Assembly: GCA_963818355.1 (NCBI GenBank)
Contig: CAWFSB010000003.1
Span: 89,556-153,555 of the forward strand
Direction of reading: 5' to 3'
Source: an uncultured Acidobacteriota bacterium
GTDB taxonomy: Bacteria > Acidobacteriota > Vicinamibacteria > Fen-336
DNA length: 64,000 nt
How positions within the stretch are numbered: position 1 is the stretch's first letter; each line of letters opens with the position of its first letter. A program made the translations under genes and the position numbers. Below the pieces are notes generated by a model. That model was not told where the DNA came from. It saw only the letters and a program-made list of their open reading frames with translations, and did no database searches. Shown here piece by piece: positions 57,996 to 64,000 of the stretch.

Positions 57996-59333
57996 ATGAA
58001 ACGACGCCACTTCCTCCGGACGGGCGGCGCGGCGGCCCTCGCGCTGTCCGGTGCCCACCGCTACGCCGAGGCTTTCGCCGACACCCGCCTGCGGGTCGGC
58101 CTCATCGGCACGGGTTGGTATGGCAAGTGCGATCTCTTCCGCCTCCTGCAGGTGGCGCCGGCGGAGGTGGTCTCGCTGTGCGACGTCGACTCCGCCATGC
58201 TCCGGGATGCCGCCCGGCAGGTGGCCGCGCGCCAGGCCTCGAAGAAGACGCCACGGACCTACGCCGACTACCGGGCGATGCTGGCGGAGCGCGACCTCGA
58301 CCTCGTGATCGTGGCGACCCCCGACCACTGGCACGCGCTGCCGATGATCGCGGCGGTCGAGGCCGGGGCCGACGTCTACGTCGAGAAGCCGGTCAGCGTG
58401 GACGTGGTCGAGGCTCGGGCCATGGTCGCGGCGGCCCGCAGGCACGGGCGGGTCGTGCAGGTCGGCACGCAGCGCCGCAGCACCCCGCACCTCGTCGAGG
58501 CGCGCGAGGAGATCGTGCGGTCGGGCCGGCTGGGGAGGGTCGGCCTCGTCGAGATCCACGGCTACTTCCCGGTGGAGTTCGACACGAACCCGCCCGACGC
58601 GCCGCCCCCCGCGACCCTGGACTACGACTCCTGGACCGGCCCCGCGCCGATGCGCCCCTTCAACGCGCTTCTCCACCCCATGGGCTGGCGCGCCTTCATG
58701 GAGTACGGCAACGGGATGGTGGGCGACATCGGTGTCCACATGCTGGACATGGTCCGCTGGATGCTGGGCCTGGGCGCGCCGCGACGGGTCAGCAGCGCCG
58801 GGAGCTTCTTCCCGCCGCCGGCGAAGGTGAACATCAGCGACACCCAGACCGCCACCTTCGACTACGGCGACCTCCAGGTCGTCTGGACGCACCGCTACTG
58901 GGGCGCCACACCCGAACCGAGGCACCCGTGGGGAGCGACGCTCTTCGGCGACAAGGGCACCCTCAAGGCCTCGGTCTACGGCTACGACTTCGAGCCCCTC
59001 GGGGGCAGCGGGACCGTCCACCGCGACGTGAAGCTGGAGCTCGACGAGTTCCCCGAGGACCGCACGGAGAAGGACCTCGAGCCCTTCGCGGTCCCGGCGG
59101 TTCGCCGCCACATGAAGGACCTCCTCGTGGCCCGAGAGAGGCGGGGCCGGCCGGTCGCCGACATCGAGGAGGGCGCGATCTCCACGACCGCCTGCATCCT
59201 CGCCAACATCGCCATGAAGCTCGGCCGGACCCTGGAGTGGGACGCCGAGAAGGGCGTGGTCGTCGGCGACGAGCCGGCCAACGCGCTCCTCCGGCGGCCC
59301 TACCGCGCGCCCTGGGTGCACCCCGAGCCCTGA
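57996..59333 (+). CDS. TAT-exported Gfo/Idh/MocA family oxidoreductase
   Basis: Intact 445-aa ORF. It has twin-arginine signal MKRRHFLRTGGAAALALSGA, LRVGLIGTGWYG, ATPDHWH and YVEKPV. Confidence 0.85.
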   Translation: MKRRHFLRTGGAAALALSGAHRYAEAFADTRLRVGLIGTGWYGKCDLFRLLQVAPAEVVSLCDVDSAMLRDAARQVAARQASKKTPRTYADYRAMLAERDLDLVIVATPDHWHALPMIAAVEAGADVYVEKPVSVDVVEARAMVAAARRHGRVVQVGTQRRSTPHLVEAREEIVRSGRLGRVGLVEIHGYFPVEFDTNPPDAPPPATLDYDSWTGPAPMRPFNALLHPMGWRAFMEYGNGMVGDIGVHMLDMVRWMLGLGAPRRVSSAGSFFPPPAKVNISDTQTATFDYGDLQVVWTHRYWGATPEPRHPWGATLFGDKGTLKASVYGYDFEPLGGSGTVHRDVKLELDEFPEDRTEKDLEPFAVPAVRRHMKDLLVARERRGRPVADIEEGAISTTACILANIAMKLGRTLEWDAEKGVVVGDEPANALLRRPYRAPWVHPEP

Positions 59334-59406
59334 GGTCGGAGGACCGAGGCGCCGTGAAGGAGGGCGCGGCGAACGTGATCGAGCGCCCCGCGCCTCGACG
59401 TCTGGA

Positions 59407-60090
59407 TCAACGAGGGCCCGGCGCGGGCTCCGCGGGATAGAAGCGCGCGAGACGCGCGGGCGCCACGCCGGCCAGGAACAGCACGACCAGGGCGTTGTTG
59501 CGGAGCGTCGTGAGCACGGGGCCGTCCCGCTGCCATCGCCGGGGGCTGCTCACTGCCCGGACCGGGGGAAGCGTCGTCGGGCCGAGACGGCGCAAGGCCC
59601 GGAAGAAGGCGAGGTCCTCGAAGAGCGGCTCGGAGGTGAAGCCGCCGGTGCGCTCGTAGGCGCAGCGCCGGCAGAAGATCGCCTGGTCGCCGAACGGCAG
59701 GCCGAGCAGGCGGCAGCGCAGCGCCACGGCCCACTCGGAGTACCGGCGCGCCGGGTGCGTCGTATCGAGGGCGAAGCGGAAGGCGCCGCCGACGATCCCG
59801 GGGTCCAGCGTCTCGACGGCTCGCCGCCAGCCGGCCTCGAGCCGGGTGTCGGCGTGGAGGAACACCAGCCAGTCGCCGGTCGTCTCCCGCGCCCCACGGT
59901 GAAGCTGCACCCCCCGACCGCGGGGACTCTCGATCACGCGGGCGCCGGCCCCGGCGGCCACCGCCCGCGTCCGATCCGAGGATCCGCCGTCCACGACCAG
60001 CACCTCGTCGGCCGCCTCTCGAACGGAGGCGACGGCCGCGGCCACGAACCGCTCCTCGTCCAGCGTCGGGATCACGACCGAGAGCCTCAC
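59407..60090 (-). CDS. Family 2 glycosyltransferase, TIGR04283-like
   Basis: The GTG start overlaps the upstream stop (GTGA). It reads LSVVIPTLDEE...VLVVDGGSSDRT...FLHADT...GGAFRF...GDQAIF...GGF. The resemblance to the TIGR04283 family is from memory. Confidence 0.75.
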   Translation of the reverse strand: MRLSVVIPTLDEERFVAAAVASVREAADEVLVVDGGSSDRTRAVAAGAGARVIESPRGRGVQLHRGARETTGDWLVFLHADTRLEAGWRRAVETLDPGIVGGAFRFALDTTHPARRYSEWAVALRCRLLGLPFGDQAIFCRRCAYERTGGFTSEPLFEDLAFFRALRRLGPTTLPPVRAVSSPRRWQRDGPVLTTLRNNALVVLFLAGVAPARLARFYPAEPAPGPR

Positions 60091-60869
60091 CGCTTCGGCC
60101 GCTCCGCCCCGACCCCGTTCAGGCTCCAGTCGTAGGCCGTCTCGCGCACCCGGAGCTTCCCCGAGCGGAGCAGGTCCTGCTCGGGCCCGTCGGGCCAGTA
60201 CCGGGCCAGGTAGCGGCCGAGGGCCGCGTCGGAGCCCCCGAAGTCGGCCCGGTACCAGACGAAGATGGGGCTCACGAAGACGGTGTCGCTGGCTGCATCC
60301 ACGCGGTTCTTGTCGGTCGAACGCACGAAGACCCAGGCCTGCTCCTCGAGCTGCGCGTCGAGGCGCGCGCCCAGGTAGGCCTCCCGCCGCAGCGGCGGGC
60401 ACGAGAGCGCGGCGCACACGAGGGCGAAATGTATCCGCGGCTCCCGGAACTCCTTCCGCACGATCTCGTGCTCGACCTCGTCGAGGGTCAGCTCGCGGCC
60501 GGCGGCCCGCACCATGCGCTCGGACCACGGGCCCTTGAGGGGCAGCACCCCCAGCGTCTTGCGGATGTTCCGGATCGACTCGCGCTCGCCGTGACGGTTG
60601 ACCTGTGCGATCGTCCACGCGTTGTAGACGTTGATCCAGAAGGCCAGCCGCTCGCTCTCATCCCGTCCCTCGAGGCTCGCCCGGCCGAGCTCCTCCAGGT
60701 AGCGTCGGAACTCGCCCGAGCGGGCGAAGGCGTCGTAGTCCACCCGCCCGTCCTCGGTGACGTGGGCACGGAGGAGCCCGTCGAATCCCGAGTGGTCGAA
60801 CGGCGCGGCCAGCAGGACGAAGAGCGTGGCGGCGAGCAAGAGCGGCCTCCTGGCACCATTGTGTCGCAT
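60087..60869 (-). CDS. DUF547 domain protein, exported
   Basis: Intact 260-aa ORF with an N-terminal hydrophobic segment. It has LAFWINVYNAWTI and HFALVCAALSCPPL. Confidence 0.8.
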   Translation of the reverse strand: MRHNGARRPLLLAATLFVLLAAPFDHSGFDGLLRAHVTEDGRVDYDAFARSGEFRRYLEELGRASLEGRDESERLAFWINVYNAWTIAQVNRHGERESIRNIRKTLGVLPLKGPWSERMVRAAGRELTLDEVEHEIVRKEFREPRIHFALVCAALSCPPLRREAYLGARLDAQLEEQAWVFVRSTDKNRVDAASDTVFVSPIFVWYRADFGGSDAALGRYLARYWPDGPEQDLLRSGKLRVRETAYDWSLNGVGAERPKR

Positions 60870-60891
60870 GAACGCGGCGGCCGCGGCGTTC
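60870..60891. promoter_or_regulatory. 22-bp near-perfect palindrome GAACGCGGCGGCCGCGGCGTTC abutting the DUF547 start codon
   Basis: 10 of 11 dyad pairs match. It lies in the 102-bp divergent region between the DUF547 gene and the LOV-PP2C gene. Confidence 0.35.
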
Positions 60892-60959
60892 TCGTCCTAG
60901 CGCACCGGGACGAAGAGGGGCGCGCCGGGGCCGAGGGGCGCCAGCCCGGGCGTCCGAGG

Positions 60960-60965
60960 TAGAGT
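60960..60965 (+). promoter_or_regulatory. -10-like hexamer TAGAGT 6 nt before the LOV-PP2C start
   Basis: It matches TANNNT with no Shine-Dalgarno, which is a leaderless geometry. Confidence 0.3.
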
Positions 60966-60971
60966 GGACGC

Positions 60972-62201
60972 ATGACAGCGAGTCGCTGGGGGGCTCCCGG
61001 CCCGGGTGATGCCGCCGAGCACCTTCGGGAACGGGCGCTGGCGGATCAGCTCGCGCTCAAGGACCGGGCCCTCGACGTCGCGGCCGAGGGCGTCACCATC
61101 GCCGATGCCCGGCGGGCCGATCGGCCCCTCATCTACGTCAACGAGGGGTTCGAGCGCCTCACGGGGTACTCCGTGGCCGAGACGCTGGGCAGGAACTGCC
61201 GGTTTCTGCAGGGCCCCGACACCGATCCGGCCGCGGTGGCCGAGATCCGCGCCGCCGTGGACGAGAAGCGCGCGTGCGTCGTCGAGATCCTGAACTACCG
61301 ACGGGACGGCACCCCCTTCTGGAACCGGCTCTCGATCACGCCCGTGCGCGACGAGGTCGGCGAGGTCACCCACTACATCGGGATCCAGTCGGACGTCACC
61401 GCGCGGCGCGAGGCCGAGAACGGGCTGCGGCGCGCCAAGGAGGCCCTCGAGCATGACCTCCGGCTGGCCGTTCGGGTCCAGCAGGCCCTGCTCCCGCCGG
61501 CGGAGCTGCGCGTGCCGGGCTTGCGCGTCGCGCGCACGTTCCATCCCTGTGCGGACCTGGCCGGGGATGCCGTGGGTGTCGTCACCTTCGGTCACGGCCC
61601 GGTCGGGTTCTATCTGCTCGACGTGAGCGGGCACGGGGTGGGAGCGGCCCTCCTGTCGTTCACCTTGAATCACACGCTGTCGCCGTCGGCGGAGGGGTCC
61701 CTCCTCGTCGAGGACGCCGGGCACGGAGTCGCCGTCGTTCCGCCCTCGCGCGTGGCCGAACGCCTCAACCGGCAGTTCCCCATGGACCGGACGCGACAGT
61801 ACTTCACGTTCGCGTACGGGGTGTACGACGATTCGGAGGGGCGGATCGACTACGTGCTGGCCGGCCATCCGGCGCCCATCCTGCTGCCCCGGGCCGGGCC
61901 ACCCGCGCCGCTTCCGGGCCGCGGCCTGCCGATCGGCATGATCGAGAACGCGACATTCGACGACGAGGCCGTGATCCTCCAGCCGGGCGATCGGCTGTAC
62001 TTCTACACGGACGGGGTCGTGGAAGCGCTGGACGCGTCGGAGCAGGAGTTCGGCTCCACGCGGCTGATGGCCGAGATCGACCGGCTGCGGGACCGCCCCT
62101 TGCGGGAGGGGCTCGACCACGTGGCGGCCCTCGTCCAGGACTGGTCGGAGGGCCACCTGCGGGACGACGTGTCGCTCCTCGCGGTCGAGCGGACGGACTG
62201 A
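60972..62201 (+). CDS. LOV (PAS) blue-light sensor domain fused to a PP2C/SpoIIE-type serine phosphatase
   Basis: Intact 409-aa ORF. The LOV signature is GRNCRFLQG, with the adduct-forming Cys codon at 61197-61199, and YIGIQSD follows. After a coiled linker, the SpoIIE-like part reads VQQALLPP, LAGDAVGV, YLLDVSGHGVGAALLS and FYTDGVVEA. Confidence 0.85.
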   Translation: MTASRWGAPGPGDAAEHLRERALADQLALKDRALDVAAEGVTIADARRADRPLIYVNEGFERLTGYSVAETLGRNCRFLQGPDTDPAAVAEIRAAVDEKRACVVEILNYRRDGTPFWNRLSITPVRDEVGEVTHYIGIQSDVTARREAENGLRRAKEALEHDLRLAVRVQQALLPPAELRVPGLRVARTFHPCADLAGDAVGVVTFGHGPVGFYLLDVSGHGVGAALLSFTLNHTLSPSAEGSLLVEDAGHGVAVVPPSRVAERLNRQFPMDRTRQYFTFAYGVYDDSEGRIDYVLAGHPAPILLPRAGPPAPLPGRGLPIGMIENATFDDEAVILQPGDRLYFYTDGVVEALDASEQEFGSTRLMAEIDRLRDRPLREGLDHVAALVQDWSEGHLRDDVSLLAVERTD

Positions 62202-62321
62202 CCCACCCGCCGGGACCACTTCAGCGGGGCTCGCCCTGCGTGAGAGAATGCCGGCGCTGCCGGCGGCCGGGCCCAATCGCGCTTCCGCGGGGCGGACCGC
62301 CGAGAACGTGAGGCTCTGACG

Positions 62322-64000
62322 ATGGCCACCGCTACCGAAGCCGCGGCGAAGACCGCCCCCCCCACGAACCGCCTGATCGGGCCCATGCCGAAGATCGGCA
62401 TCCGCCCCGCGATCGACGGGCGGCGGAAGGGCGTCCGCGAGTCGCTCGAGCGCCAGACGCTCGAGATGGCGCGCTCGGTGGCGCGGCTCCTCGAGTCGAG
62501 GCTGCGCCACTCGAACGGCCTCCCCGTCGAGTGCGTCATCCCGCCGACCTGCATCGGCGGGGTGGCCGAGGCCGCGCGACGGCGGCCCTCTTCGAGCGCG
62601 AGGGCGTCGGCGTGACGCCTCACCGTCACCCCGTGCTGGTGCTACGGCGCGGAGACGATGGACATGAACCCCCTCGTACCCGAAGGCGGTCTGGGGCTTC
62701 AACGGCACCGAGCGGCCCGGGCGCCGTCTACCTGGCGGCGGTGCTGGCCGCGCACAACCAGAAGGGCCTGCCCGCGTTCGGCATCTACGGGCGCGACGTG
62801 CAGGACCGCGGCGACACGACCATCCCGCCCGACGTGGAGGAGAAGCTGCTGCGCTTCGCCCGCGGCGGGCATCGCGGTCGCCACGATGCGCGGCAAGTCC
62901 TACCTCTCGCTCGGCGGCACCTCGATGGGCATCGCGGGCTCGATCGTGGACCCCGACTTCTTCGAGGACTACCTCGGCATGCGCGTCGAGCCGGTCGACA
63001 TGACCGAGATCGTCCGGCGGATCGAGGAGGGGATCTACGACGAGGAGGAGCTCGCGCGGGCCCTCGCCTGGGTGAAGGCCCACTGCCGGGAGGGCCGCGA
63101 CTACAACGCCCCCGGCTTCGAGCGCAGCGCGCGCGCAGAAGGACGCGGACTGGGAGATGTCGGTCAAGATGGCGCTGATCGCGCGCGACCTGATGGTCGG
63201 CAACCCCCGGCTCGGCGAAGGCCGGGTTCGGCGAGGAGGCGCTCGGCCGCAACGCGATCCTCGGCGGGCTTCCAGGGCCAGCGCCACTGGACCGACCACT
63301 TCCCGAACGGCGACTTCATGGAGGCGATCCTCAACTCGTCGTTCGACTGGAACGGCATCCGCGAGCCCTTCGTCTTCGCCACCGAGAACGACTCGCCTGA
63401 ACGGCGTCGTCGATGCTGTTCGGCCACCTGCTCACGGGCACCGCGCAGATCTTCGCCGACGTGCGCACGTACTGGAGCCCGGCCGCGGTGAAGCGCGTGA
63501 CCGGGCACGAGCTCCCGGGCCGGGCCGCGGGCGGGATCATCCACCTCATCAACTCGGGCGCGGCCACGCTCGACGCCACCGGGCGGCAGACGCGCGGACG
63601 GCCAGCCGGCCATGAAGCCGTTCTGGGAGATCACGCCCGAGGAGGTCGACGGCCTGCCTCGAGGCGACCACCTGGTGCCCGGCGGTCACCGAGTACTTCC
63701 GCGGCGGCGGCTACTCCTCGCGGCTTCCTCACCGTCGGCGGGATGCCCATGACGATGTCGCGCCTCAACCTCGTCGACGGGCCTCGGGCCGGTGCTGCAG
63801 ATCGCCGAGGGCTGGACGGTCGACCTGCCCGAGAAGGTGCACGAGACGCTCAACGAGCGCACCAACCCGACCTGGCCCACGCACTGGTTCGTGCCCGCGC
63901 GTCGACGGCGAGCGGCCCGTTCCGCGACGTCTACTCGCGTGATGAACAACTGGGGCGCCAACCACGGCGCGATCAGCTACGGCCACATCGGCGCCGACCT
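62322..64000 (+). CDS. fucI: L-fucose isomerase (about 17 frameshifts; 3' end beyond the window)
   Basis: Pieces in cycling frames match the FucI order: [127 protein letters not shown] and [13 protein letters not shown]. Every step is +1, about one per 100 nt. Confidence 0.85.

Overview
Very GC-rich (about 70% by eye, not computed) bacterial chromosomal segment. I found no rRNA, tRNA, CRISPR array or mobile-element gene. About 50 protein genes can be supported.

Gene content:
- Housekeeping genes: lepA and hemW at the left end, tgt further in.
- Exported glycan-degrading and sugar-oxidising enzymes dominate the rest. These are a sulfatase, GH97, GH27, GH36, GH92, a GH106-like enzyme, a clan GH-A/GH42-like hydrolase, a LamG protein and a beta-helix protein. 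There are also four Gfo/Idh/MocA oxidoreductases (three with twin-arginine signals), a DUF1080 protein, a TAT-exported xylose-isomerase-like TIM barrel and a ThuA-like protein.
- An L-fucose module (lactonase, Zn-dehydrogenase, SSF symporter, aldo-keto reductase), with fucI at the right edge.
- A small carotenoid cluster: crtB, a CrtU/CrtI-like flavoprotein and a Rieske protein.
- An MBOAT plus DltD-like acyltransferase pair, a fur-katG unit with a duplicated 14-bp operator-like palindrome, and a LOV-PP2C photoreceptor phosphatase.

The most striking property is in the sequence itself. By hand count there are roughly 85 single-base frameshifts, almost all +1 insertions. They are packed into discrete blocks, while neighbouring multi-kb blocks are clean. 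I read this mainly as uneven consensus quality. I therefore report affected genes as whole CDSs rebuilt across frames, so the as-given sequence does not translate them in one piece.

I did not find a convincing new multi-gene system. The best leads are listed as findings with modest interest scores. Family names come from motif recognition and memory only; no database was searched.
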